A stretch of DNA of 64,000 bases, taken from Gammaproteobacteria bacterium. GTDB taxonomy: Bacteria > Pseudomonadota > Gammaproteobacteria > CAJXQU01. The stretch is taken from assembly GCA_965238175.1 (NCBI GenBank), contig CBDEGZ010000003.1:256001-320000 (forward strand), written 5' to 3'. The translations under genes and the position numbers were made by a program. The notes under the pieces were generated by a model. It did not search any database. It was not told the DNA's origin and worked only from the letters and a program-made list of their open reading frames with translations. Shown one piece after another: positions 31,025-41,844 of the stretch (the stretch's first letter is position 1; every line of letters starts with the position of its first letter).

Positions 31025-32206
31025 TTATTGGACTGTATACGCAGCAAGCGTTCCTTTAGAACTATAGGCAAAAAGTGCATTACCAACAACAAATGAGGTT
31101 GTAAGTATTGGGCTATTATCAAGCTTAACTCTGCCAACAAGCGAACCATCTTGACGATTTAACCAATGCAAATAGCCTTCAAAATCACCAGCAACTAAGT
31201 AGTTATCAAAACTCACAGGGGCCGATAAAGCTCGAGATTTGAGTAGATCTTGTTTCCAAACTGAATCCCCTGAATATCGATCTAGCGCCCAAATTTCACT
31301 TAATTCATCAGTAAGATAAACGTAATCATCATCAACACCTAAACCAGCATAAGAAGATAACTCCCTAGACCAACCTACCTTACCGGTCTCAAGTTCGACC
31401 ATTGCAACACGTCCTTGAAATGTCGCGATATGGATCACACCATCCTTTAGAATTGGCTCAGCATCAATATCCACCATTCGTTCCAATGTTGATCTGCCAG
31501 TAGGTAACGCAATTCTTTTTTCCCAAATTAAACTGCCATTGGTGATATCCAAAGCTGTCAATATTCCACCATCAAAACCAACAATTGCCTTACCATCAGC
31601 TAACTGAGGAGCGCTAGTTCCACGTAACGTTAATAGAGGAACCGCTCTTTCATAGACCCATAACCTCTGCCCATTTTCTGCATCTAAACCAAACGCTTTT
31701 CCATCAACGGTTCGAACAACCACAACACCCAAATCAGCCTTTGGTGCTGAAAGTACTTCACTGGAAACAGTGGTTGTCCACAACACTTTTCCATCAGTGT
31801 CTGACAAAGCGAGTACTTCGCCATCTCTTGTACCAAGTAAAACGAGCCCTTCTCCATGTCCAGGACCGCCTGACAGACGTTTTTCAGTATCTGTTTCCCA
31901 ATATTGTTTACCCGTTTCTACATCAAGAGCAATAACTTCGCCCTCACGCTCTGCTGCATAAATCACTCCCTTATCTGCTACGGGAGTCAATTTCAAGTAA
32001 TATCCATCAGTACCATTACCGATACGTGTTGACCAAAGTTTTTTAATATTAATAACTGCTTCTATTTCTGCTAAAGGATTAAGAGTTTTCTGATTATCTT
32101 TGCCAGCCATATAGCTGGAGACTTTATCTTTAATTGAGCTACAACCACTCACAACTATAGCCAGTGAAACCGCTACAAAGATAATTTTTAATCTATTCGT
32201 ATTCAT
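31025..32206 (-). CDS. bamB: Outer membrane protein assembly lipoprotein BamB
   Basis: Lipobox VSGC, PQQ-type WD repeats, LTLRGTSAP, and its position between yfgM and der. Confidence 0.92.
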   Translation of the reverse strand: MNTNRLKIIFVAVSLAIVVSGCSSIKDKVSSYMAGKDNQKTLNPLAEIEAVINIKKLWSTRIGNGTDGYYLKLTPVADKGVIYAAEREGEVIALDVETGKQYWETDTEKRLSGGPGHGEGLVLLGTRDGEVLALSDTDGKVLWTTTVSSEVLSAPKADLGVVVVRTVDGKAFGLDAENGQRLWVYERAVPLLTLRGTSAPQLADGKAIVGFDGGILTALDITNGSLIWEKRIALPTGRSTLERMVDIDAEPILKDGVIHIATFQGRVAMVELETGKVGWSRELSSYAGLGVDDDYVYLTDELSEIWALDRYSGDSVWKQDLLKSRALSAPVSFDNYLVAGDFEGYLHWLNRQDGSLVGRVKLDNSPILTTSFVVGNALFAYSSKGTLAAYTVQ

Positions 32207-32236
32207 TTACTTAATCCACCCGGGTCTTCGATATAT

Positions 32237-32869
32237 TTACCGACCTAAATCATCCATTTTCATTTCTAAAAACTTATTACTACCTGGACCTGATGGGCTT
32301 AACGCAACGGCTTGTAAATAGGCGTTTTTTGCCTCTTCATGCTTACCTTGAGCCAGTAAAATATCACCTTTAAGTTCATGGTAAGAAGACAGTGTTGTCG
32401 TTTCATCTATGGTAGAAATAAGCAACCAGGCAGAATCAGGATTATCAGCACTTAAACGCAATTTAGCTAAACGCATGATTGCAGTTTGCTTTATCTCCTC
32501 AGGATTACCATTATCTATTATCCATTGTAAATGAGAAGCTGCCGTTTCTTGATCATCTGCTTCAACAGCGACTTTAGCTAACTTCAAAGCGGCAAAAGAG
32601 GCGTAAGGTGTTGTTGCATATTCCTCCATTAGCATCTTTCCCGTAGCAACAGCATCTTCTGCCTTTTCATCTACTAGTTGACTCTCTAACTGTGAAAATG
32701 TCATTGATGCATTTTCACCTTTTGCAGTCACTTGTCCTTGCCAAGCACGCCAACCAAAAAGTGCCGCACTACCAATAACAATTCCTAAAATGACGGAAGT
32801 ACCGTTTTCTTTCCACCATTTTTTAATCGCGGCTACCTGTTCTTCTTCTGATGCGTAAATGTCTACCAT
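32237..32869 (-). CDS. yfgM: YfgM ancillary SecYEG/TPR chaperone
   Basis: SEEEQVAAIKKWWKENG, a TM helix, TPR repeats and synteny. Confidence 0.92.
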   Translation of the reverse strand: MVDIYASEEEQVAAIKKWWKENGTSVILGIVIGSAALFGWRAWQGQVTAKGENASMTFSQLESQLVDEKAEDAVATGKMLMEEYATTPYASFAALKLAKVAVEADDQETAASHLQWIIDNGNPEEIKQTAIMRLAKLRLSADNPDSAWLLISTIDETTTLSSYHELKGDILLAQGKHEEAKNAYLQAVALSPSGPGSNKFLEMKMDDLGR

Positions 32870-32903
32870 GTTTTTTTCCTAGTCGTCTCTTTGTGTTCTA
32901 TAT

Positions 32904-34160
32904 TTATTCTGCTAAAAATTTTACTAGATCATTCTGATCTATCGTTTCTTGAAACCCTTCGTGAAGATTTTTTATGGATACTGTTTCATTTGCAATTTCA
33001 TCATCGCCTAGAATGATAGCGTATCTTGCACCCGATTTATCAGCACGTTTAAATTGTGCTTTATAGCCTCCACCACTACAATTAGATATTAACTTTAATG
33101 TTGGTATTTGATCACGCAATTTTTCTGCGAGTATTAACCCCTGCTGATTAGCCTGCTCACCAACGGTTATCAAATAAACATCGGATGACGATGTCACTTT
33201 ATGACCATTGTCTTTAAGTATTTCCACCAATCGATCCAACCCCATTGCAAAACCAATGGCAGGAGTTTCTTTGCCGCCAAAATGTTCGATCAATCCATCA
33301 AAACGACCGCCACCGCAAACTGTTCCCTGGGCACCAAGTTGATCCGTAATCCACTCAAAAACCGTTTTACTGTAATAATCAAGCCCTCTGACCAATCTCG
33401 AATTTACGTCGTATGCGACACCAGCTTGATTAAGAATCTCTCGCAGCCTTTGAAAGTGATCAGCAGATTCTCCATCCAAATATTGTTGGAAAGTTGGCGC
33501 CCCTTTGATCAATTCGGCCATCTTCGGATTTTTACTGTCTAAAATCCGTAATGGATTTTTATGTAAACGTCGTTGACTATCTGCATCAAGTTGATCTTCA
33601 CTCGCGCTAAAATAGCTGATTAGATCAGTTCGATAACGAGCACGTGTTTCAGCAGTACCGAGCGTATTTAGCTCTAACCTTAAGCCTTCGAGGCCTAGTG
33701 CCTTCCATAATCTTGCAGTCATTAAGATTAGTTCAGCATCAATATCTGGACCCGACATTCCAAATGTTTCAACACCAACCTGGAAAAACTGTCGATAACG
33801 ACCTTTTTGTGGTCGCTCGCGTCGAAACATAGGACCGATATACCAAAGTCGTTGGATCTGATTATGAAACAAACCATGTTGCATTCCTGCTCGCACAGTC
33901 CCTGCTGTCCCTTCAGGTCGAAGTGTCAGGCTATCTCTCCCCCGATCCTCAAAAGTGTACATTTCTTTTTCGACAATATCAGTTACTTCGCCGATAGAAC
34001 GCTTAAACAATGCCGTTTGTTCCAAAATAGGCATGCGGATTTGTTGGTAACCATAGCTTTCAAAAACATTGCGAACGGTATCTTCAAGATACAACCACAG
34101 CGCCGTCTCATCAGGGAGAATATCGTTCATTCCTTTTACGGATTGCAAGGTTTTAGACAT
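32904..34160 (-). CDS. hisS: Histidine--tRNA ligase
   Basis: [28 protein letters not shown] and GGGRFD. Confidence 0.98.
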   Translation of the reverse strand: MSKTLQSVKGMNDILPDETALWLYLEDTVRNVFESYGYQQIRMPILEQTALFKRSIGEVTDIVEKEMYTFEDRGRDSLTLRPEGTAGTVRAGMQHGLFHNQIQRLWYIGPMFRRERPQKGRYRQFFQVGVETFGMSGPDIDAELILMTARLWKALGLEGLRLELNTLGTAETRARYRTDLISYFSASEDQLDADSQRRLHKNPLRILDSKNPKMAELIKGAPTFQQYLDGESADHFQRLREILNQAGVAYDVNSRLVRGLDYYSKTVFEWITDQLGAQGTVCGGGRFDGLIEHFGGKETPAIGFAMGLDRLVEILKDNGHKVTSSSDVYLITVGEQANQQGLILAEKLRDQIPTLKLISNCSGGGYKAQFKRADKSGARYAIILGDDEIANETVSIKNLHEGFQETIDQNDLVKFLAE

Positions 34161-34180
34161 CAGGATCTGTACCAGAAATT

Positions 34181-35224
34181 TTAGCGGTAAGCACCACTTT
34201 CATCAATAGTGAATCGAGCGACTTCGCCTCGTGCCAGAGAGTCAAGATCAATGATTTCCCCCTGATAATTCATAATGACAACCGATGCTTTACCAATAAC
34301 GACACTAAAAGGCGCGCCGCCTGTCAGACTCACAACTTCTCCCGGTGTTCCAATTCTTGAAAATCGTATCTTGTTCGAATTATCGGTTATCTCAACCCAG
34401 GACTCCTCGGTAAATTGTAATATTATTCTTTGGTCATCAAATTCACCCGTGTGTGCTTCTGTGACTTCAGTGGAAGCAACAGAAGGTTGCTGCTGTGCTT
34501 GTTGGGTAGTTTTTACTTCTTCTGATATGGACAATAGTTCATTCGATAATTCGCCATGAGGAGTTTGATCTGGAGCTGTTGGCAACTCAGAAAATTGCAC
34601 TATGGCAAAAACATGCTCCAATACTCTTGGTTCTTCCTGTCCTGCTTCTACGACATGTGTGTTCTCAGACTCAGTTGGCATTAGCAATTTCGTTCCGTTA
34701 TTTAATTCAACATCCGTTTGAATAATTTCTACAACGTTAGCTTCCAATGATGTGCCCACTTGTTCAGATTTCTCAATATCTTGATCGTCTAATACAACAG
34801 GAGATTTTTCTGAAGATATTGCGGGAACTGAGCGATTTGACTGCCACCATAGCCCAAGTAATAAGACCAACGTTGCGATTAATGAGTAGGTGACAGCCTT
34901 AATATGCTTATCACCGCTACCCGTTTGTTGTTCAGGTTGGCTAGCAAAAGGTTCTAAGACCGGTGCCGTTCTAACATTTTTATCAAGTTGTTCAACAAGC
35001 TGATCTGAGTTTAGTTCAACGATAGCGGCATAACTGCGGAGATATCCGCGTACATATGCAACTGCAGGAAACGGATCATAGTCATCGTTTTCAAGCGCTT
35101 GAACTTGATGTTCACTCAAACGCAAACGTTGAGCTATAACACCCAGGCTGAGATCCTTTAGCTCTCTGGCATCCTTGAGTCGTTGCCCCGGTGTTTTCAG
35201 ATTTTGATCAACACCCGTATTCAC
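34181..35224 (-). CDS. rodZ: Cytoskeletal protein RodZ
   Basis: N-terminal HTH ([10 protein letters not shown]), a TM helix and a C-terminal SWVEITD domain. Confidence 0.9.
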   Translation of the reverse strand: MNTGVDQNLKTPGQRLKDARELKDLSLGVIAQRLRLSEHQVQALENDDYDPFPAVAYVRGYLRSYAAIVELNSDQLVEQLDKNVRTAPVLEPFASQPEQQTGSGDKHIKAVTYSLIATLVLLLGLWWQSNRSVPAISSEKSPVVLDDQDIEKSEQVGTSLEANVVEIIQTDVELNNGTKLLMPTESENTHVVEAGQEEPRVLEHVFAIVQFSELPTAPDQTPHGELSNELLSISEEVKTTQQAQQQPSVASTEVTEAHTGEFDDQRIILQFTEESWVEITDNSNKIRFSRIGTPGEVVSLTGGAPFSVVIGKASVVIMNYQGEIIDLDSLARGEVARFTIDESGAYR

Positions 35225-35994
35225 TACTTATTCTCCGATTTGAGCAACAATCTGGTTTCCTCAGAGTCAGGGAATTTATTTTTTAGCTGTAATGCATAAC
35301 TTGCAGCAGTATCCCGATCACCTAATGCTTTTTCTATTTTTATCGCAAGCCACAATGAGCGAGGATTATGCTTTGACGCAGAGCCATAACGCTCAATATA
35401 ACCTCGGGCGGGTAAATATCGTCCCAATTGATAACTCAACTCAGCCATTTGGAATAGCACGGGAGCCATATAAGGATTTGCCTTTAGTGCTGACCGAAAG
35501 TGAATTTCTGCTTGTTCAAAGGCTTGATTATTTTTGGCGCATAAACCCGCATTGAGATAGGCAAATTCAGGCGTTTGATAAAGAGGATTTGCTACCGCTC
35601 GTGTAAACATTTTGTCTGCTTTTTGACGTTGATTATGACGACACAAGTATTGTCCATAATTATTAAGTGCACGTGGATCTTGAGGTGCTAGATTTACTGC
35701 TCTTTTGAAATGGTCTCCAGCTTTACCATCTTCACCTAGACGTGAATAGAGAATACCCAGAGCATTGTGTGCCTCTGCAAATTGAGGATCAATTTTGATC
35801 GCCTTTAATAATTTGTTCAGCGCCCTTTTACTATCATTCCTTTTCATATACACCAGCGCAAGCTCAAGATTCAATTCAGCTGCTCGTTCAGGAACATCAG
35901 CAACGGTAGTTGGCGAACCACTAGTTTGATTTGTAATACATCCTCCAAGCAAAGTAGAGGTTATAAAAATGCAAATAAGAATAGGGTGCTTCAT
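35224..35994 (-). CDS. pilW: Type IV pilus biogenesis/stability lipoprotein PilW/PilF
   Basis: Lipobox LGGC, TPR repeats, NNYGQYLC and synteny after rlmN. Confidence 0.9.
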   Translation of the reverse strand: MKHPILICIFITSTLLGGCITNQTSGSPTTVADVPERAAELNLELALVYMKRNDSKRALNKLLKAIKIDPQFAEAHNALGILYSRLGEDGKAGDHFKRAVNLAPQDPRALNNYGQYLCRHNQRQKADKMFTRAVANPLYQTPEFAYLNAGLCAKNNQAFEQAEIHFRSALKANPYMAPVLFQMAELSYQLGRYLPARGYIERYGSASKHNPRSLWLAIKIEKALGDRDTAASYALQLKNKFPDSEETRLLLKSENK

Positions 35995-37097
35995 GCCGCT
36001 TCTCCTTGAGAATCTTTTGACGAATCGCGTCTAAAACGTTCTGCTTTTGCCGTGACCTGACCAGCTAACTGTCCACAAGCTGCATCGATATCATCTCCTC
36101 GCGTTTTTCGAGTTACCGTCACAAGGCCTGACTCGATCAAAATTGTTCTAAAACGATCAATTGTTTGTTTTGAAGAGCATTTATACACTGAACCTGGAAA
36201 CGGATTGAAAGGAATCAGATTGACCTTTGAGGGAATACCTTGAAGTCGTTTTACCAATTCACGAGCATTCGCAGCACTGTCATTAATACCATCCAACATA
36301 ACATATTCAAACGTAATATGATTATGAGATTCATCAACGTCGGTAAAACGATGGCAAGCGTCAAGCAATTTCTCTATTGGATAGGTCTTGTTGATCGGCA
36401 TAATTTTTTCACGAATTTCATTATTAGGTGCATGTAATGAAATGGCCAAACTGACAGGACTCACCAGTTTTAGTTGATCTATCGCAGGAACAATCCCCGA
36501 GGTACTAAGTGTTACACGGCGGCGGCTTAATCCATAGGCAAAGTCATCCATCATAAGATCCATTGCCGAAACGACATTATCAAAATTCATCATTGGCTCG
36601 CCCATACCCATCATGACAACGTTTGTGATCGGCTGTCGTCCCTCTGAATTCCAGCCAAGTTGTTTATTTGCTTGCCAAACCTGGCCAATAATTTCACCTA
36701 CTGTCAAATTTTTATTAAAACCCTGTTGGCCAGTAGAGCAAAATTTACAATCGAGAGGACAGCCCACTTGTGATGAAACACAGAGTGTCCCTCGGCTGTT
36801 TTCTGGAATAAAAACGGCTTCGACTGAATTGAAGCCGTCTATTTCAAGTAACCATTTTCGTGTGCCATCTTTCGAAATCTGTTCGTGTTTTATTTTAGGT
36901 GGTTCAATGCGAGCGATATCTTGGAGCTTTGCTCGGAGTGACTTACTCAAGTTGGTCATCTGATCAAGATCAGCAACACCCGCCTGATGAACCCACTTCA
37001 ACACTTGATTTGCACGAAACGGTTTTTCGCCCAAATCAGCAAAAAACCGGATCATCGCTTTGCGGTCTAGATCGAGTAGGTTTATTCGATCTTCCAT
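35991..37097 (-). CDS. rlmN: 23S rRNA/tRNA m2A methyltransferase
   Basis: [21 protein letters not shown] and DIDAACGQL. Confidence 0.97.
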   Translation of the reverse strand: MEDRINLLDLDRKAMIRFFADLGEKPFRANQVLKWVHQAGVADLDQMTNLSKSLRAKLQDIARIEPPKIKHEQISKDGTRKWLLEIDGFNSVEAVFIPENSRGTLCVSSQVGCPLDCKFCSTGQQGFNKNLTVGEIIGQVWQANKQLGWNSEGRQPITNVVMMGMGEPMMNFDNVVSAMDLMMDDFAYGLSRRRVTLSTSGIVPAIDQLKLVSPVSLAISLHAPNNEIREKIMPINKTYPIEKLLDACHRFTDVDESHNHITFEYVMLDGINDSAANARELVKRLQGIPSKVNLIPFNPFPGSVYKCSSKQTIDRFRTILIESGLVTVTRKTRGDDIDAACGQLAGQVTAKAERFRRDSSKDSQGEAA

Positions 37098-37103
37098 CGA
37101 AAT

Positions 37104-37532
37104 TTAATATCGCTTCACGATTTCTTCTGGCTTAAAGAAGAAATTGATCTCCGCTTCGGCGGTTTCTGGTGCGTCAGATCCATGTACAGCATTGTGAGCT
37201 GCAGAACGTGCAAACTCGGCACGTATTGTTCCAGGGTCGGCTTGTTCAGGATCAGTCGCACCCATTATCTTTCGGTATCGTTTAATTGCAGACTCGCCTT
37301 CTAGTACTTGTATCATGACTGGATCAGAGATCATAAATTCGATTAAAGCATCATAAAACGACCGATCTTTATGTACCGCATAAAACTCACTTGCTTGCTC
37401 CTGGGTCAGGTGCATCATTTTCGCTGCTACTATGGTCAGCTTGTTTCTTTCAAATCGATGATAAATCTCACCAATATGTCTATCTTTTACGGCATTCGGT
37501 TTAATAATCGAAAGCGTGCGCTCAATGCTCAT
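37104..37532 (-). CDS. ndk: Nucleoside-diphosphate kinase
   Basis: [14 protein letters not shown]…PGTIR and NAVHGSD. Confidence 0.96.
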   Translation of the reverse strand: MSIERTLSIIKPNAVKDRHIGEIYHRFERNKLTIVAAKMMHLTQEQASEFYAVHKDRSFYDALIEFMISDPVMIQVLEGESAIKRYRKIMGATDPEQADPGTIRAEFARSAAHNAVHGSDAPETAEAEINFFFKPEEIVKRY

Positions 37533-37756
37533 TTACTGTCTATCTCCAGGGTATTGCAGTCTATATATAGTGAAAAGGAAAACCGACCGCGATTATACGA
37601 GGGATTGGGTTGCTTTGGAACAACAAAAGCAGGATGATTTCGATCATTAAAATTCGTCAAATACACGTCTTTTTACAACTGATTCGTATAACGAAATACG
37701 ATAGCGCTAAAAAATGTTAACATCCTAACTATAAGGGCTAACAAAGGGAGTCAAAA

Positions 37757-39901
37757 ATGTCACAAAAAAAGTTGGTGTTCCAAGTTCACTTTAATAAAAA
37801 CATCTTCAATCTTTTTCCGCTTCTAACTTTTATTTTCACGGCTTATTTATTTACCGTAACCGCTGAAGCTTCGGTAGACTCAAAACCTGCCTGGATGCTA
37901 CTAGACAACAGTAACATCATGTATAGCCCATCTTTTCTGTTATCTAACAATTTTATCAACGAGGAACAGAATGATTTAAATGGTTTTACCCTGCAACTTA
38001 GAGATATTGGTCACGAAAACGGCATCATCTTTGAAGGAGCAGAGACTACCCATGAAATAAAACTGGATTTTCCACTCCCAAGTGACACTATCATGGAAGA
38101 CGCAAATATTCGTTTAAAATATAGGGTTTCCCCCCTGCTAAATGATTTAGCAAATTTACAGCTCTCAGTTGACAATTACCCTCTTGAACAAGTTCGTTTG
38201 GGTTCTAAAGGCGTGGATCAAATATTAATTGCCGATATTCCGAAACGTTTCTTGCGTAATGGCAGTATCAGACTCACTGTGCGTGCAGCATTACCGATCA
38301 CAGAAGATCGCTGTTTGGACTCACGGGTGAACGGCAGTAATTTACATATTGATTCTGAGTCAACCTTCACCATGCACTACTCAGGAAAAATAGGCTCTCT
38401 GCGTGATGCCTGGACACTCATGCCTCACAAGGTTTTGTTATCCATTCCTGATCGTGAATTTAATACTGCTGAGTTTAATGCCGCCTGGGAGTTATTAGAC
38501 AATCTCAAACGTCAAGGTAAAGATGTTGAAGTCGTAAAATTTCCTGAAATAGGTCATATCGTGGTGGCGAAACATGCTGAACTTGAACAATTACTACAAC
38601 AAGAACTCGTTAAGCTTGAACATAAAGAAAGCAATAGTTACTTCTTAAGTGAAGAGATAAAAACCTCAAACATGGCATTAGTTAACAGTCCGGTTCGTAG
38701 CCTGATCGCGATTCTTGATCCTCAACAAACGGGTGCTTTTCAACTGATGAATAACCCCTGGCGCAAGCTGGGGGTGAACGGGCAATACAGATCGTTTTCG
38801 GTGGATTATGCGGATAACCTCAGTGGTTTAGGTAGCATCCCCGCAGTTGAAAATGCACTTAAACTGAAATTATCTGATCTAGGCGCTGATACTTCCACGC
38901 GCTATGTACGATCTAACATTAAATGGAACCTGATATTGGACCCTTTCCGTATTCCAGCAGGTACAAGACCAAACCGCCTTTTCCTAAACATCATGGCTCC
39001 ACCGCCATCAGACAAACCACCTTTTGAATTATATGTATATCTTAACGATATTATGATCCATGCAACTCGTTTAGTTGACGGTCAAAACAGACAGGAAATT
39101 TCTATTCCTCTACCCGATAATTATCAGGAACCATACAATCGTATCCAGATCCAACTTCACAATATAGATCCACAAGGGGATTGCCGAGCAGATTTAGCCG
39201 CTTTTCCGGTACAGATTCTCCCGGACAGCTCATTAATAGTTGAACGTGATCAAAGTTTACCTAAATATTTTTCTGAATTACCAGTCTATTTTGCGAATAA
39301 TTTTGATATTTATTTACCAGCAGATTATTTAGAAGCACCACACAACGCTTTACCCTACGTCTCAGCTTTAACTTCTAGATTACCGGTTCCATTCAAAACA
39401 CGTATTGCAAAGTTTTCTGAAACTGGCGAGCTTATTTCACCTGAAAGACCTTTCATTGCAATAGGCGATCTTAAACTGGACAGCCTGGAAACCCCTGTTA
39501 GATTCGATCAAGGTGAAGTACAAATAGTTGATCGAAACAAAAACCCTCTGTTCAAGGTTGAGGAGCTACCTGATGTGACTATCGCACAGCTAGTGAGTAG
39601 CAAGCAGCAAAAAGGCCTGTGGTTACGCTCAACGAATAAAGAGGGCTTTCCTGATATTCAGAAGCTATTCCTGAATCATGATGACGTTGCCTTCGCCGAT
39701 CATTCAGGTTTACTCTTTACAATGAACAGCCAACAACCAACTTTGGCGACTACTTATTATCCTGAAGCAAGAGATTGGCTTGCATTACTGGGTAAATACC
39801 GGTTTTGGTTGTTTGTTATTGGCTGGTTGGCACTAACATTAATTGTCGTCTATTTGTTTAGACGTGCAAGGCAACATAGAGATCATTCGGGCCGAAGCTA
39901 A
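37757..39901 (+). CDS. BcsB-like periplasmic co-polymerase subunit
   Basis: N-terminal signal or TM segment and two repeated beta-sandwich plus alpha/beta units (F.LP…L.YRVSP.L…C…L.IDSES; LYVYLND…C…ILPDSSL). A single C-terminal TM anchor is preceded by an amphipathic segment. Confidence 0.7.
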   Translation: MSQKKLVFQVHFNKNIFNLFPLLTFIFTAYLFTVTAEASVDSKPAWMLLDNSNIMYSPSFLLSNNFINEEQNDLNGFTLQLRDIGHENGIIFEGAETTHEIKLDFPLPSDTIMEDANIRLKYRVSPLLNDLANLQLSVDNYPLEQVRLGSKGVDQILIADIPKRFLRNGSIRLTVRAALPITEDRCLDSRVNGSNLHIDSESTFTMHYSGKIGSLRDAWTLMPHKVLLSIPDREFNTAEFNAAWELLDNLKRQGKDVEVVKFPEIGHIVVAKHAELEQLLQQELVKLEHKESNSYFLSEEIKTSNMALVNSPVRSLIAILDPQQTGAFQLMNNPWRKLGVNGQYRSFSVDYADNLSGLGSIPAVENALKLKLSDLGADTSTRYVRSNIKWNLILDPFRIPAGTRPNRLFLNIMAPPPSDKPPFELYVYLNDIMIHATRLVDGQNRQEISIPLPDNYQEPYNRIQIQLHNIDPQGDCRADLAAFPVQILPDSSLIVERDQSLPKYFSELPVYFANNFDIYLPADYLEAPHNALPYVSALTSRLPVPFKTRIAKFSETGELISPERPFIAIGDLKLDSLETPVRFDQGEVQIVDRNKNPLFKVEELPDVTIAQLVSSKQQKGLWLRSTNKEGFPDIQKLFLNHDDVAFADHSGLLFTMNSQQPTLATTYYPEARDWLALLGKYRFWLFVIGWLALTLIVVYLFRRARQHRDHSGRS

Positions 39902-41844
39902 TGGTGGAAGACACCTCTGATAGAGGCGTTGGAGCAAACGTTCCACCAGAATCGCCCGACCGCAAGTCAACAAAATTCATCCCATTAGGTGAGTTATTGC
40001 TTGAACAGGGATTGATTACGGATGAACATCTCGAAAAAGCACTGGCATTACAGCAAAGATGGGGAACCCGCTTAGGAGATATTTTGATCTCTAAAGGCTG
40101 GGTTCAACCATTTGCGTTTTATCGTGTTCTTGCTGATCAATACAGCAAACCTTTTATTAATATGATGGAAGTGCCTCCAGAAAAATCCTTATGGCGCGAA
40201 TCAGAAATTGATCAATACACCGAACACCTGGTTCTCCCTTATAGACAGGAAAAAAATAAAACCATCTTTGTCTGTGCTGATCCTTCTCCGGAAGCAATTT
40301 ATTATATGCATGAACAAACTGATGGTGCTTACGATTTTGTCATCACCTCGAAATTTGACATTATCTGGATTGTCCAACGCGAAGCTAGAGACTTTTTAGT
40401 TGATAATGCTGTTAATGATCTAGCCAATAAACAACCCGTTAACTCTGCAAAACAGGTCTTCACTACAGCACAATTAATCTGGATTTATATTGTGCTCTTG
40501 CTAATATTACTTTGCGTTACGCTCTGGCCAATCAAAGCGTTAATCACCATAAATTTATTCATATGTGTGTTCTTGTTACTCAATTTTAGTTTGCGCATTT
40601 TATTTGCCTGGGTGGGGGGGGATACACAAATCGACGTCAAAGTTACCGACGAAGAAGTACTTGCACTAACCGATCAAGATCTGCCAACTTATACCGTACT
40701 GGTTCCTATGTATAAAGAACCTGAAGTCCTGCCAATTATCACCTCCGCGATCAGAAACCTTGATTACCCACTATCTAAACTGGATATCAAATTGATCCTG
40801 GAAGATGATGATGAAGAAACAGTACAGGCTGCGAAGGAGTTAGGGCTAGAAGGCATTTTTGAAATCATTCGTGTACCTGACTCACTGCCGAAAACAAAAC
40901 CCAAAGCCTGTAATTATGCACTGAGTTTTGCCCGTGGCGAATTAGTGACTATCTATGATGCTGAAGATCGTCCAGAACCTGATCAACTCAAAAAAGCCGT
41001 GATCGCATTTCGTAAAGCACCTGATAATACCGCCGTTATTCAAGCTCGACTAAATTATTTCAATGCCAACGAAAACTGGTTAACACGGATGTTTACGTTG
41101 GAATATTCCTTGTGGTTTGATTTTTATCTGCCAGCACTCGAAGCACTAAGAATTCCTATTCCTCTTGGCGGCACTTCAAACCATTTTAAAATGCACATCC
41201 TCAAAGAGGTAGATGCCTGGGATCCCTATAACGTCACAGAAGATGCCGATCTAGGTGTGCGCTATACACAATTGAATTACCGTGTAGGCATTGTTAATTC
41301 GACTACCTATGAAGAAGCAAATAGTCATATCGGTAATTGGATACGGCAACGTTCACGTTGGATCAAAGGATATATGCAAACCTATCTGGTTCATATGCGT
41401 CATCCCATTGATCTCTATCGCTCACTCGGCGGCGGTGCCTTTTGGGGATTCCAATTTTTCATTGGCGGCGCCGTTTTAAGTGCATTGATGGCGCCGTTTT
41501 TATATTTTATGTATTTCTTCTGGCTGTACACACAAACCCATGCGTTGGATTTATTATTCCCAAGTTTTATCCTTTACATAAGCTTATTTAATTTGCTTAT
41601 TGGAAATGGCTTGCTGATTTATCTTTCAACCTTAAGTGTTTTCAAACGGCGATTCTATAGTTTGATCCCATGGGCGTTAACCATCCCCTTCTATTGGATT
41701 TTGATGTCCATTGCATCCTACCGAGCATTATGGCAATTGATCCATGATCCTTTTTATTGGGAAAAGACCGTTCACGGATTAACCTCACATAAACATGATA
41801 GCGATGTGATTCCGCCACCGATTACCAAGCCAGGCTCAACGTAA
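39901..41844 (+). CDS. Processive GT2 polysaccharide synthase with an N-terminal MshEN c-di-GMP-binding domain
   Basis: PLGELLLEQGLITDEHLEKALALQ…RLGDILISKGWV; VPMYKE, KPKACN, YDAED, VTEDADL and QRSRW; TM helices on both sides of the GT domain; YWEKT.HG. Confidence 0.88.
   Translation: MVEDTSDRGVGANVPPESPDRKSTKFIPLGELLLEQGLITDEHLEKALALQQRWGTRLGDILISKGWVQPFAFYRVLADQYSKPFINMMEVPPEKSLWRESEIDQYTEHLVLPYRQEKNKTIFVCADPSPEAIYYMHEQTDGAYDFVITSKFDIIWIVQREARDFLVDNAVNDLANKQPVNSAKQVFTTAQLIWIYIVLLLILLCVTLWPIKALITINLFICVFLLLNFSLRILFAWVGGDTQIDVKVTDEEVLALTDQDLPTYTVLVPMYKEPEVLPIITSAIRNLDYPLSKLDIKLILEDDDEETVQAAKELGLEGIFEIIRVPDSLPKTKPKACNYALSFARGELVTIYDAEDRPEPDQLKKAVIAFRKAPDNTAVIQARLNYFNANENWLTRMFTLEYSLWFDFYLPALEALRIPIPLGGTSNHFKMHILKEVDAWDPYNVTEDADLGVRYTQLNYRVGIVNSTTYEEANSHIGNWIRQRSRWIKGYMQTYLVHMRHPIDLYRSLGGGAFWGFQFFIGGAVLSALMAPFLYFMYFFWLYTQTHALDLLFPSFILYISLFNLLIGNGLLIYLSTLSVFKRRFYSLIPWALTIPFYWILMSIASYRALWQLIHDPFYWEKTVHGLTSHKHDSDVIPPPITKPGST

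Noticed and set aside
37533-37756. c-di-GMP (GEMM) riboswitch upstream of the polysaccharide operon
   Set aside because: No GEMM consensus stems or tetraloop/receptor pattern are visible by eye; an Rfam scan would be needed to exclude it fully.
39901-41844. Calling the GT2 gene bcsA or nfrB
   Set aside because: It lacks the PilZ domain and the cellulose-synthase HAKAGN/FFCGS/QRxRWA context, and its domain order differs from NfrB.
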